From Polyangiales bacterium (GTDB lineage Bacteria; Myxococcota_A; Polyangia; Polyangiales; JADJQN01): DNA of 64,000 nucleotides. This document shows, piece after piece, positions 1 through 10,464 of this stretch. The translations under genes were made by a program, and so were the position numbers. The notes beneath the pieces were generated by a model that did not search any database, was not told where the DNA came from, and was given only the letters and a program-made list of their open reading frames with translations. Each line of letters begins with the position of its first letter. Position 1 is the first letter of the stretch. The stretch spans positions 608,001-672,000 of the forward strand of contig CAXNJO010000001.1 of assembly GCA_964202905.1 (NCBI GenBank). Reading direction: 5' to 3'.

Positions 1-525
1 CTGCTCGTCTACCCCGCGCTGCTGGCGGCGCCGGATGCTGCGCTCGCGCGGGTGATCGGGGCCGAGGACATCCCCGGCGCGCGGACGGGCGCGGGGTCCG
101 AGGTCGCCGGGCTGCGCGAGTACCGCGAGGGGGACGACGCCCGGGCCGTGCATTGGCGGCGCTCGGCGGCGCTCGGGCGCGTCGTCGCGCGCGAGCGGCT
201 GCGGGACGAGGCGCTGCGTGTCGCGCTCGTCGTCGACAACGCGCGGCCGGTCGATGCGGGGGAGGCGTGGGACGCGGCCTTCGAGCAGGCGATCGCGCGC
301 GCGGCGTGGTTCGCGCAGCGGGCGCTCGCGCGGGGCGCGGCGGTCGAGGTGCTCGCGCGGGGGGCGCGCTCGCCGCTCGTCGCCGCGGGCGGCGCGGCCG
401 ACCCGGTGTGGCGCTTCCTCGCGCTGCTCGAGGCGGTGCCGGCGCACACGGCGCCCGCACTCGCCACGGCGGGCGGTGCCGCGCGGACGATCACGGTGCG
501 CGCGCCGGGCGCGGAGGGCGCGTGA
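1..525 (+). CDS. DUF58 family protein (5' truncated by window edge)
   Basis: Open frame from base 1 (LLVYPALL...) with the motif GLREYREGDDARAVHWRRSA typical of DUF58; precedes a transglutaminase gene as in MoxR-associated operons. Confidence 0.85.
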   Translation: MLVYPALLAAPDAALARVIGAEDIPGARTGAGSEVAGLREYREGDDARAVHWRRSAALGRVVARERLRDEALRVALVVDNARPVDAGEAWDAAFEQAIARAAWFAQRALARGAAVEVLARGARSPLVAAGGAADPVWRFLALLEAVPAHTAPALATAGGAARTITVRAPGAEGA

Positions 526-592
526 CGGAGTCGCTCGGGGGCGTGGTCTGCGTGGGGGGCGGCGCCGACCCGCGGCGTCTCGGGGTGCGCGC

Positions 593-2770
593 GTGAGCTT
601 CGCGGCGCTGCACAAGGCGGTCGCGTACCTGCTCTCGGGGCTCGGCCTCGCGGCGCTCTCGCTCGGCGGGGAGCTCACGCCGCTCGCGCTGCTCGTCATC
701 GCGCTCGGCTGGGGCGCGAGCTTCTTCGCGGAGGGCGAGCGGATCGCGCGGCCCGGGTGGGCGCGCGGCTGGACGGCGGCGGTCGTCGCCTCCCTCGGCG
801 TGCAGGTGCTGCGGGGCGCGCTCGGCGGGCCGATCCTCGCGCTGGCGATGGAGTTCACGGCGCTGCTGCAGATCTCGCGGCTGATGAACCGCCGCGCGGC
901 CGCCGACTACCAGCAGATCGCGGTGCTCTCGTTCCTGCACCTCATCGCCGCGACGGTGCTCTCGACGGAGCTCGCGTACGCGGGGATCTTCGTCGGCTTC
1001 GTGGTCGTGACGCCGTGGATGCTCGCGCTCTCGCACCTGCGCCGCGAGATCGAGGGCAACTATCCGGGCGTGAGCCGTCCGGAGGGGCGCGCGGTCGCCG
1101 ACGTGCGGCGCGTGCTCGCGTCGCGGCGTGTGGTCGGGCCGCGCTTCCTCGTCGGGACGGCCGCGCTCGCGGTGCCGATCTTCGTGCTCACCGGGGCGGT
1201 GTTCCTGTTCTTCCCGCGCGTCGGGCTGGGGCTGCTCACCTTCGGGCGCGGTCGCGCGCAGCGGGTCGCCGGGTTCGGCGACACCGTCGATCTCGGGGGA
1301 TTCGGCACGATCCGCGACGACCCGACCGTCGTGCTGCGCGTCACGCCGCCCGCGGACGCCCCGACGCCGCGGCCGCCGAGCCTCGCGATGCGGCTGCGCG
1401 GCACGTCGTTCGATCGCTACGACGGGCGCACCTGGACGCGCTCCGCGGGGCCGGTGACCGCGCTCGGCCACACGGGCGGCGAGTACCCGCTCACGCGCTA
1501 CGCGATGCCGGGCCGGGACGTCGCGCTGCGGATCGTGCTCGAGCCGCTCGACGAGCCCGTGTTCTTCTTGCCCGCGAACACGGTCGCGGTGACCGTGCCG
1601 CTGCGCGCCGTCTCGGGCGTGATGCAGGGGCGTCAGCTGCGGCTCGCGGGCGGGCAGGACCTCCGCTACGTCGACGGCGACGACGTCGGGCTCGCCTACA
1701 CGGCGCACGTCGCCCGCGACGCGGGCGAGGTCACGCTGCCCGCGCCCACGGCCGAGGAGCGCGCCGCGTACCTCGCGGTGCCCCCCGGGCACGAGCGCGT
1801 CGCGGCGCTCGCGGCCTCGCTGACCCGCGGCGCGCGCACGGACGCGGAGAAGGCCGCGCGGCTCTCGCGCCATCTGCGTGACGAGGGGCGCTACCGCTAC
1901 ACGCTCTCGCTCTCGGAGCCGGGGGCGGGGCCACCGCTCGAGCACTTCCTCTTCCGCTCGAAGGCGGGGCACTGCGAGTTCTTCGCGACCGCGCTCGCCG
2001 TGCTGCTGCGCGCGAGCGGCGTGCCGACGCGCAACGTCACGGGCTTCCTCGGGGGCCGCTACAACCCCTACGGCGGCTATTACGCAGTGCGTCAAGGTGA
2101 TGCCCACAGCTGGGTCGAGGCGTGGCTCGGCGAGCAGGCGGGGGGCTGGGTGACCTTCGATCCGACGCCGCCGCTCCGCGCGGAGCTGGGCCCGCGCGAC
2201 GGCGCGCTCTCGGGCGTCGAGGCGCTCCTCGATGCGCTGCGCACGCGCTGGACGACGCGGGTCGTGGGCTACGACCTCGACGCGCAGATCTCGGTGTTCC
2301 GCGGGATCGGGCGCGCGCTGCGCGGGCTCGCGGGCGGCGCGGGCGCGCGCGGTCAGCGTGGTCTCACGGGCGCGGATCGGGCGTCGCGCGGACCGGGTTT
2401 GCCGACGGGCGCGGTCGTCGGCGCGGGGCTCGTCGCGCTGCTCGTCGGGCTCGTCGCGTGGCGCGTGACGACGCGTCGGGCTGGCCCCGCGCGGCCGCGT
2501 GCCGCGACGCTCGAGGCCTCGCAGCGCGAGGCGGTGGCGCTCTACCGGGCGCTCGAGCGCGGGCTCGCGGCGATCGGTCATCCCCGGGCGCCGAGCACGA
2601 CGCCGCGCGAGCACGCCGCGGCGCTGCGGGCGGCGGGCGTCCCTTGCGCCGACGCCGCGCACGCCATCACGGACGCGTACCTGCGCGCGCGCTTCGGCGG
2701 CGAGGAGCTCGCGCCCGAGGTGCTCGCCGGCCTGCGTGCCCGCCTGAAGGAGCTGCGCCGCGCCGGCTGA
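593..2770 (+). CDS. DUF3488 / transglutaminase-like membrane protein (TgpA-like)
   Basis: GTG start at 593; N-terminal TM helices; LRGTSFDRYDGRTW; catalytic motifs GHCEFFA, DAHSWVE, WVTFDPTP; C-terminal TPRE...Y..ARFG tail. Confidence 0.88.
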   Translation: MSFAALHKAVAYLLSGLGLAALSLGGELTPLALLVIALGWGASFFAEGERIARPGWARGWTAAVVASLGVQVLRGALGGPILALAMEFTALLQISRLMNRRAAADYQQIAVLSFLHLIAATVLSTELAYAGIFVGFVVVTPWMLALSHLRREIEGNYPGVSRPEGRAVADVRRVLASRRVVGPRFLVGTAALAVPIFVLTGAVFLFFPRVGLGLLTFGRGRAQRVAGFGDTVDLGGFGTIRDDPTVVLRVTPPADAPTPRPPSLAMRLRGTSFDRYDGRTWTRSAGPVTALGHTGGEYPLTRYAMPGRDVALRIVLEPLDEPVFFLPANTVAVTVPLRAVSGVMQGRQLRLAGGQDLRYVDGDDVGLAYTAHVARDAGEVTLPAPTAEERAAYLAVPPGHERVAALAASLTRGARTDAEKAARLSRHLRDEGRYRYTLSLSEPGAGPPLEHFLFRSKAGHCEFFATALAVLLRASGVPTRNVTGFLGGRYNPYGGYYAVRQGDAHSWVEAWLGEQAGGWVTFDPTPPLRAELGPRDGALSGVEALLDALRTRWTTRVVGYDLDAQISVFRGIGRALRGLAGGAGARGQRGLTGADRASRGPGLPTGAVVGAGLVALLVGLVAWRVTTRRAGPARPRAATLEASQREAVALYRALERGLAAIGHPRAPSTTPREHAAALRAAGVPCADAAHAITDAYLRARFGGEELAPEVLAGLRARLKELRRAG

Positions 2771-2798
2771 GCCGCGTCGGCGCGGAGAGGAGACGACC

Positions 2799-3422
2799 AT
2801 GTCCGCTGCGCCGCCGCGCGCGCCCGAGGGCGCCGATCTCGAGGATCACGCGATCGATCGCGCTTCACGCACCGACGCGCACGCCGACGACCGGCGGGTC
2901 GGACCGCGCGATTCCGTCGCCGCGCTGCATGCGGAGGTCGACGTCGAGGCCGCGCGCCTCCAGGCGCTGCACGGGGCGCGTCTGCGTTGCGCGCGCGGTT
3001 GCACCGGCTGCTGCGCCGACGACCTGACCGTCTCCGCGCCCGAGGCCGCGCACATCCGCGCGCAGCACGCGCGCCTGCTCGCCGAGGCGCGTCCGCATGC
3101 CCCCGGGGCGTGCGCGTTCCTCGACGGGGAAGGCGCGTGCCGCATCTACGCCGCGCGCCCGTACGTGTGCCGCACGCAGGGGCTGCCGCTGCGCTGGATC
3201 GACGAGGACGCCGAGGGCGAGGAGGCCGTCGAATACCGCGACATCTGCCCGCTCAACGAGGCCGGCACGCCGCTCGAGGCGCTCACGCCCGACGCCTGCT
3301 GGACGCTCGGCCCCGCCGAGGAGCGGCTCGCGACGCTCGGGCTGCGTGGCCCCGCCGGCGAGCGGGGCGCGGAGGAGCCCGGCGCGCGCGTGGCGCTGCG
3401 TGCGCTCTTCGCGCGCGGCTGA
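2799..3422 (+). CDS. YkgJ family CxxxCxxCC zinc/iron-chelating protein
   Basis: CARGCTGCC, CAFLDGEGACRIYAARPYVCR. Confidence 0.8.
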   Translation: MSAAPPRAPEGADLEDHAIDRASRTDAHADDRRVGPRDSVAALHAEVDVEAARLQALHGARLRCARGCTGCCADDLTVSAPEAAHIRAQHARLLAEARPHAPGACAFLDGEGACRIYAARPYVCRTQGLPLRWIDEDAEGEEAVEYRDICPLNEAGTPLEALTPDACWTLGPAEERLATLGLRGPAGERGAEEPGARVALRALFARG

Positions 3423-3510
3423 CGCGGCGTGCCCGACGCCGCGCGGTCGACGCGGCGAGCGTTTGCCCTATCGCGGCGGGGCCGTTCTGTCCTACGCTCA
3501 GCGCCGCACG

Positions 3511-6500
3511 ATGGCCGCGGATCCTTCGGAGCACGTCGCGCAGGCGAAGCGCTTGATCGCCGAGCGGCGTTATCAGGACGCGGTGCGCGCGTTGCGTCGC
3601 GCGCTCGTGTCGCAACCCGAACACCTCGAAGCGCGCCTTCTCCTCGGCACCGCGCTGCTCGCGCTCGAGCGCTACGACGAGGTGCGCGCGGAGATGCTCG
3701 CGCTCTCGCGCAAGGCGCCGAAGGAGCCGCGCGCGCAGCGTGTGCTCGGCGAGGCCTATCTGCGCAGCGGCAAGGTCGAGAAGGCTGTCGAGGCGCTGCG
3801 GCGCGCGCTCGCGCTCGACCCCGACGACGGGCCGGCGCGCGAGCTGCTCGCGGAGGCGGGTGAGGAGCCGCCGCCGAGCACGCGCACGATCGACCGCTGG
3901 TTCGACCCGGAGGCCGTCGCGACGATCCAGACGAGCGCGCCGGACTTCGCCGAGGAGGGCACGGGACCGGGCATCGTGCTCCCGGAGGCGGGCGGCGGCT
4001 CGACCTCGATCCTCGTCGACCCGGCCTTCCAGCGGGCGATCGACGAGGCGGGCTCGAGCGAGATCACGAACCCGCCCATCGCGCCCTACCAGCCCCCGCG
4101 GCCCCGCCCGGCGTCGCTGCTCGCGCTGTTGCCGCCATCGGCCCCGTCCGACGCGCGCGCCCCGCTCGCGCGCGGCTCCCTGCGACCCGGTCCGCCCTCG
4201 GTGGCACCCGCGTCCGCGCCGCAGCCCGTCCACCCCGCGCGTCGGCCGCACGCGACCCTGCAGGGCATGCCCGCGGTGCTGGGGCCCGCGCCGCGCCCCG
4301 GGACCCGGCCCCGCCCCGATGAGACCCAGCAGCTCGAGCTCGGCCAGCTCGAGGCCGTGCAGGAGGCGGACGCCGACGCGCTCGAGGACTCGTCCGACAG
4401 CGCGATCCTCGGCCTCGCGGCCCTCGCCGCCGCGGCGGGGGCTCCGCGCTCCGGCCTCTGCCGCCGCGCCGCCGCCCACTGCCGGGCCGCCGCCGCCTGC
4501 CGGGCCGCCGCGCTGCCGGGCCTCGGAGCGTGCCGCCGCCGCCGGGCGCTGCCGGGCCTCGGAGCGCGCCGCCGCCCACTGCCGGGCCACCGCCGTCCGC
4601 CGGGCCGCCGCCTGCCGGGCCTCGGAGCGTGCCGCCGCCGCCGGGCGCTGCCGGGCCTCGGAGCGTGCCGCCGCCGCCGGGCGCTGCCGGGCCTCGGAGC
4701 GTGCCGCCGCCGCCGGGCGCTGCCGGGCCTCGGAGCGTGCCGCCGCCGCCGGGCGCTGCCGGGCCTCGGAGCGTGCGCCTCCCGGCGCGCTTCCGGCCTT
4801 CCCGCCCTCGACGCGGATGTTGCAAGACTCGAGCGACACCCCGCGCATTCTCGAACTTGATACCATGGGCGTCCGGGGTCGCGCCGGCGTGCCTGGCGTC
4901 GCGGGGCCGCGGGGCGAGCCCACGCTCCCGGGTGGAATCGAGCCTGATACATCGAGCGCGATCCAGACCCGCGTGCACGAGCGCGCGCGGCTCCGCTCTC
5001 CGGCCCTCCGCCAACGGCTCGCGCTCGGCGCGGTCGCGGTGCTGCTCGTCGCGGCGCTGCTCGGGATCGGGCTGCGCGCGTGGCGCGTCGGTCGGCGGCG
5101 GGAAGAGCTCGCGACGCTGGTCGTCGCCGCCGAGGCGGACGGGCGCCCAGCCACGCTCGCCGCGGCGATCGGCGCCGCCGAAGAGTTCGACGACGACGAG
5201 ACCGCGGCGATGCGGGCGCGGCTCGCCGCGACGCGGGTGCTCGAGCATGGCGAGCCCCCCGAGGTGGCCGCGGCCCTCGCTTCGGCGCTCTCGCCGGAAG
5301 CGGCGCAGCTGCCCGACGCGCAGCTCGGCCGCGCGTACCTGCTGCTCGCGCGCGGCGAGCTCGACGGCGCGCGGAGCGCCGCGACGACGCTCAGCGCGGG
5401 CGACGCGCTCGCCTCCGAGGCCGCGCGCGCCCGGGCGCTCACCGCGCTCGCGATCGGCGACCTCGCGCGCGCGACGGCGGAGGCGCGCATCTCGGAGGCC
5501 GCGGCCTCGGGCGCGGGCCGGCCTGCGGCGCTGCTCGCGACGCTGCTCGCGCGGAGCGGTGACCCCGCGGCGCGCGCTCGCGGTGCTCGAGGGCGTCCCG
5601 TGGCGGCTCGCGAACGCCGTGGTGCGGCCTGCGCGGGCGCGGGCGCGCCTCGCGCGGCGGGCGCAGGGCGACGCGGAGGCCGCGGCGCGCGACGCGCTCG
5701 AGGCTGCCGGCCCGCTCGCGGCGGTCGCGACGCCGCCGCGAGCGCGCCGACGCGCACCGCGTGCAGGCCGAGCTGGCCACGCCGCGGCGTCGACCTCACG
5801 CGCGCGGCCGCCGAGGCTGCGGGATGGCGCAGCGCTGGTGCCGACAGCAGCTCCGGCTCGCCCGCGCGGAGGTGCTCGCCGCGACCGGCGCCGCCGACGA
5901 GGCGCGCGCGCCTCGCCGCCCTCGGCTCGGCGACCCCCGACGCGCCGCGGCGGGCGCGCGTCACCGCCGCGGTGGCCCTCGCCAGCCTCGCACCTCGCCG
6001 GCGCCGAGCGCGCCGCCGCGCAGGCGGGCGAGGGCGGGGCGGTCGACCTGCTCCGCGCGCGGATCGCCGAGGCGCACGGCCGCACCGAGGAGGCGCGCGC
6101 GCTCAAGTCGTACGGGGAGCTGCCGGAGAGCCGCTGCCGCGGCGCGCACGCGGCTCGCGGCGCTCTGGCTCGCGGACGGGCGCGCCGCGCAGGCCGCGGA
6201 CGCGCTCGCCCCGGCGAGCGAGCGCCTGCCGACCGACGTCGAGGTGGTGCTGCTGCACGTCGCGCATCGGGCTTCGCGCTGCGCGACGTGACCGGCGCGC
6301 GCGCGGCCATCGCGCGGACGCTCGCGGGCGGCGCGTCCCCGCCGCGCCTGCTCACGATGAAGGCCGAGGTCGAGCTCGCCGCTGGCGACGCGGGCGCCGC
6401 CGCCGAGACGCTGCGCGGGGCCATCGCCCTCGCCCCGGCCGACGCCACCCTGCAAGTCGCCCTGGCCCGCGCGTTGCGGCGCAGCGGGCGCGCGGCCGAG

Positions 6501-7311
6501 GCGCGGTTCGCGGTGGACACGGCGCTGCGGCTCGACCCCACGTCGACCGACGCGCTGCTCCAACTCGCCGAGCTCTCCGTCGATGCCGGTGACGCCGCGG
6601 GCGCGTCCACGGCGCTCGCGCGCGCGGAGGCGACGGGCCGAGTCCCCGCGGCGGCCCTCGCGCGGGCGCGGGTGCGGCTGCTCGTCGCGTCGGGCGCGCG
6701 GTGCGGCCGGCGTCGCGGCGGCCGAGTCCCTCGCGCGCGGGGGACGCGACGCGTCGCTCCACGTGCTGCTCGGTCGCCTGCAGGCGCAGGCCGAGCAGGA
6801 CGCGGACGCCGCGTCGTCCTTCGCGCAGGCGCTGCGGTTCGACGAGCGCGACCCCGAGGCGCACGTGGGGCGGGCGCTCCTCGCGATGCGCGCGGGCGAT
6901 CTCGGCGGGGCCGGCCGCGGCCTCGAGCGCGCCCTCGAGCTCGCGTCGGAGGTCGGCGCTTCCCCGGAGCTGCGTGCCCGCCTCGAGGCCGCGCGCGGAC
7001 GCCTGCGCTTCGAGTCCGGCAGCTTCGCCGACGCGCGCGAGCGTGCGTCCGCCGCCCTCGCGCTCGACCCGCGCTGTGCGGAGGCGCAGCTCCTGCTCGC
7101 GAGCGTGACCATCGAGCAGGGGGGTGACGCGCTGCCGGCGCTGCGTGCCGCGGCGACGGGCGCCGCCCCGCCCGCCGAGGCCATCGGGCGGCTCGCGCTG
7201 CGTCTGCCCGCGGGCGCCGAGGCCTGCGCCGCCGCGCGCCGCTACCTCGACGCCGCGCCGCGCGGCTACGACGCGGACGCCGTGCGCGCCGTCGACGCGC
7301 GCTGCCGCTGA
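3511..7311 (+). CDS. Large TPR-repeat membrane protein with Pro-rich linker (multiple apparent frameshifts)
   Basis: N-terminal TPRs (MAADPSEHVAQAKRLIAERRYQDAVRALRRAL...), Pro-rich middle, TM segment near 5020-5085, C-terminal TPRs ending YLDAAPRGYDADAVRAVDARCR; the coding signal switches frame several times. Confidence 0.65.
4511..4774 (+). repeat. 36-bp coding tandem repeat (PPPPGAAGPRSV)
   Basis: Four consecutive identical gccgccgccgccgggcgctgccgggcctcggagcgt units at 4631-4774 plus related copies from ~4511. Confidence 0.92.
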
Positions 7312-7423
7312 GTATTCGGCGCGCAGCGACGGCGACGCTCGGGTTCACGCGTCGCCGCCGCGTCGCGACGCGCGTCCCCTGCGCGACCGGCGCCCTCGGC
7401 GCGATCCCCTCGGCGCGATGCCC

Positions 7424-7852
7424 TCAGCGCGGCGCGATCGGCGCGCGGCGCAGGCGGCCCCAGGCGACGAAGGCAGCGAGCCCGCCGAACACGACGTTCA
7501 CGCCGATCACGGGCAGCTCCCCGTAGAAGAGGTGCGTGCCGGCACCGAGCGCCATCACGAGCGCGAGGCACGCGGCGGCGACCGGCGTGAGCACGGGGAG
7601 CACGCGCGTCGCGGCGGGGAGCAGGAGGCCGAGCGCCCCGAGCACCTCGGCGCCGCCGATGAGCGCGGGCAGGATGGCCGGCGCGTCCGCGGCCCAGCGC
7701 ATCTTGGTCACGAGCACGTCGTGCGGGGTGCTCAGCTTCATCCCGCCCGAGCCGAGGAAGACGAGCGCGAGCAGGGCCTGCACGACCCAGAGCGCGATGT
7801 GGAGCGCCCGTGAGGGTGCGTGGTTGGAAACCTGTTCACTGGCGGCGTTCAT
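7424..7852 (-). CDS. DoxX family membrane protein
   Basis: LHIALWVVQALLALVFLGSGGMKL...IGGAEVLGALGLLLP...TPVAAACL; divergent from a LysR gene. Confidence 0.85.
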   Translation of the reverse strand: MNAASEQVSNHAPSRALHIALWVVQALLALVFLGSGGMKLSTPHDVLVTKMRWAADAPAILPALIGGAEVLGALGLLLPAATRVLPVLTPVAAACLALVMALGAGTHLFYGELPVIGVNVVFGGLAAFVAWGRLRRAPIAPR

Positions 7853-7945
7853 CGGCGATCTCTCCGTTTTCTGAGCCGTTCGCGGGCGCGCGCTGTTATG
7901 CGCAGCGCGCCGTCGTGCTACAAGTCGGGCCCGATGCGACCTGAC

Positions 7946-7962
7946 GTTTCCACCATGGAAAC
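7946..7962. promoter_or_regulatory. Putative LysR operator (T-N11-A palindrome)
   Basis: GTTTCC-ACCAT-GGAAAC inverted repeat overlapping the LysR ATG, between the divergent LysR and DoxX genes. Confidence 0.6.
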
Positions 7963-8863
7963 CATCGAACTGCGCGACGTCCGTGCCTTCTGCGCCGTGT
8001 TCGACGCGGGCTCGGTGACGGCGGCGGCCAAGCTCCTCCGCGAGACCAAGGGCAGCACGAGCCGGCGCATCGCGCGGCTCGAGCGCGCGCTCGGGGTCGC
8101 GCTGCTCCGGCGCTCGCCGCGGCTCGTGCAGCCGACCGAGGAGGGCGTGCTCTACCGCGCGAGCGTCGGCCGCGCGCTCGAGCTGTTCGAGGAGGCGACG
8201 CTCTCGGCGCAGCGCGCGCAGGAGCGGCCGCGCGGGCGGCTGCGTGTGACGGCGCCTTCGGACTTCGCCGTGGGGCTGCTGCCCGAGCTCGCGGCGCGCT
8301 TCCTCGAGCGCTACCCGGAGGTCACGTTCGAGATGGTCGCGAGCGATGCGCGGCTCGACTTCGACGCGCAGCAGCTCGACTGCGGGCTGCGCATCGGCGC
8401 GCTGCAGGACTCGACGCTCAAGGTGCAGCGCCTGCTCGACGTCGAGCTCGGTTTCTACGCGAGCCCCGCGTACCTCGCGCGGGCCGGCGCGCCGAAGCGC
8501 CCCGCGGACCTGCTCGCGCACCGCATCGTCAGCTACGCGGATCTGCCGCGACCGCTCGAGGTGCGCTTCGAGCGGCGCGGGCGCGAAGAGCTCGTCGCGC
8601 TCACTCCGCACCTCGTCGGCGAGGGCTCCTTCGTGCACGAGGCGATCGCGCACGGGGGCGGCATCGGCGGGGTGCCGCGCCTGCTCGCGGCGCGCTCGGT
8701 CGAGGCCGGGCGGCTCGTCGCGGTCCTGCCCGAGCACCGGCTCGCGTTCACGCGGACGCTCTCGTTCCTGCACCCGGCGACGGCGTTCGTGCCCGCGAAG
8801 GTGCGCGTGTTCCGCGATTTTCTGCGCGAGACGCTCGCGCCGCGCGCGCCCGCGAAGCGCTGA
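7955..8863 (+). CDS. LysR family transcriptional regulator
   Basis: HTH: FCAVFDAGSVTAAAKLL...SRRIARLERALGVALLRRSPR; PRGRLRVTAP substrate-binding domain; alternative start at 7934. Confidence 0.93.
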   Translation: METIELRDVRAFCAVFDAGSVTAAAKLLRETKGSTSRRIARLERALGVALLRRSPRLVQPTEEGVLYRASVGRALELFEEATLSAQRAQERPRGRLRVTAPSDFAVGLLPELAARFLERYPEVTFEMVASDARLDFDAQQLDCGLRIGALQDSTLKVQRLLDVELGFYASPAYLARAGAPKRPADLLAHRIVSYADLPRPLEVRFERRGREELVALTPHLVGEGSFVHEAIAHGGGIGGVPRLLAARSVEAGRLVAVLPEHRLAFTRTLSFLHPATAFVPAKVRVFRDFLRETLAPRAPAKR

Positions 8864-8892
8864 CGGCGACGAATGCGCCTCCCGGGGCGCCG

Positions 8893-10458
8893 TCAGATCC
8901 CGGAGCGCGGCGCGCGGAGCAGCTGCTGCAGGGTGTCGCCGACCTCGCGCACCGTGAACGGCTTGGTGTGGAAGCCCGTGCGGTGGAGCGCGCCGACCTG
9001 CGCGATCAGCGCCGCGTCGCCGAAGCCGCTCATGAGCACTGCGGGGAGCTCCGGGCGCCGCTGCCGCAGGGACTCGAGCACCGCGATGCCGCTCGTGTCC
9101 GGCAGATCGAGGTCGATCACCGCGCAAGCGATGTCGGGCCGCTCCGCGAAGCAGGCGAGGGCGGCGCCGCCGCTGTCTGCCGTGACGACCTCGAAGCCCA
9201 TGCGCCCGAGGCCGCGCACGAGCAGCGTCCGCAGCGCCGGCTCGTCGTCGACGACGAGCACGACGTTCGCCTGCGCCGCGTCGCGGGGCGCGGTGCGCGC
9301 GGGGGGGCGTGACGGCGCGCCACGGCGCGGCAGGGCCACGGTGACCGTGGTGCCGAGCCCGACCGCGCTCTCGATGCGGATGGCGCCGCGGTGCGCGCGC
9401 GTGATCCCGAGCGCGGCCGCGAGCCCGAGGCCGCGCCCGACGGCCTTCGTCGAGAAGAACGGTTCGAACAGACGTCCGCGCGACTCCGGGTCGATGCCGT
9501 GTCCCGGGTCGACGACCTCGACCACCGCGTAGGCCCCGGGGACCGTCGCGCTGCCCGGGTGGCACTGGGCGAGGGCGTCGGCGTCGAGGGTGCGCGTCGA
9601 GGTGCGCACGACGATCTCCGCGTCCGGCCGCGTGAGCGCGTCGACCGCGTTCTGCAACAGGCTGGAGAGCAGGCGGCGCAGCTGGTCGCGGTCGCCGTCG
9701 ATCGTCGCGCCGTCGCCCGCGAGCTGCCAGGTGATGCGGGTCGGGCCGGGCAGCGAGGCCGCGATCGCGGGGCGCAGCTCCTCGAGCACCGCGTCGAGCG
9801 AGAGCGGCGAGAGCACGAGGCGCGCTCGACCCGAGTACGCGAGCATCTGGCCGGAGAGCTCGGCGGCGCGGCGCGCGGCGTCTTCGACGGCGGAGAGCAG
9901 CGGCCGCGCGGGGTGGTTCGGCACGAACTCGTCCTGCAGGAGCTGCGCGTTGCCGAGCACGACGCAGAGCAGGTTGTTGAAGTCGTGCGCGATGCCGCCC
10001 GCGAGCGACGAGAGGCTCTCGAACTTGCGGAGCTGCACGATCTGCTCGGCCGCGCGCTCGCGCTCGCGCCGCGCCTCGTCGGCCGCGCGCCGGGCGCGCA
10101 ACAGCTCGGCCTCGTACTCCGCGCGCTGGGCCATCTCGACGACGACGACGTCGATCACGCGCGGCTCGGGGCCGGGGCGCATCACCGCGTTCCACAACAC
10201 CGGCACGTCGCGCCCCGCCTCGGTGCGGAGGTCGAGCTGGAGCTCGCGCGTCTCGCCCGTGCCGCACAGCGTCGGCATGACGTGGGTGAGGAAGAAGATC
10301 CGGCCCGGCACGCCGAAGAGCCGCTCGATGCGCGCGCCGATCAGGGACTCGACGCTCCGCCCCACGAGCTGCGCGAGCCCCGCGTTGCAGCGGAGGATCG
10401 TGCCGCGCTCGTCGAAGCGGAGGTACCCGCAGGGCGCTTCGTCGAGGTCGGCGGACAC
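8893..10458 (-). CDS. PAS-histidine kinase-receiver hybrid (RsbP-type PAS)
   Basis: PAS APCGYL...RIFFLTHVMP; H-box GGIAHDFNNLL; FEPFFSTK, GRGLGL; receiver VVDDE...DLDLPD...KPF. Confidence 0.9.
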   Translation of the reverse strand: MSADLDEAPCGYLRFDERGTILRCNAGLAQLVGRSVESLIGARIERLFGVPGRIFFLTHVMPTLCGTGETRELQLDLRTEAGRDVPVLWNAVMRPGPEPRVIDVVVVEMAQRAEYEAELLRARRAADEARRERERAAEQIVQLRKFESLSSLAGGIAHDFNNLLCVVLGNAQLLQDEFVPNHPARPLLSAVEDAARRAAELSGQMLAYSGRARLVLSPLSLDAVLEELRPAIAASLPGPTRITWQLAGDGATIDGDRDQLRRLLSSLLQNAVDALTRPDAEIVVRTSTRTLDADALAQCHPGSATVPGAYAVVEVVDPGHGIDPESRGRLFEPFFSTKAVGRGLGLAAALGITRAHRGAIRIESAVGLGTTVTVALPRRGAPSRPPARTAPRDAAQANVVLVVDDEPALRTLLVRGLGRMGFEVVTADSGGAALACFAERPDIACAVIDLDLPDTSGIAVLESLRQRRPELPAVLMSGFGDAALIAQVGALHRTGFHTKPFTVREVGDTLQQLLRAPRSGI

Positions 10459-10464
10459 GGCGGC

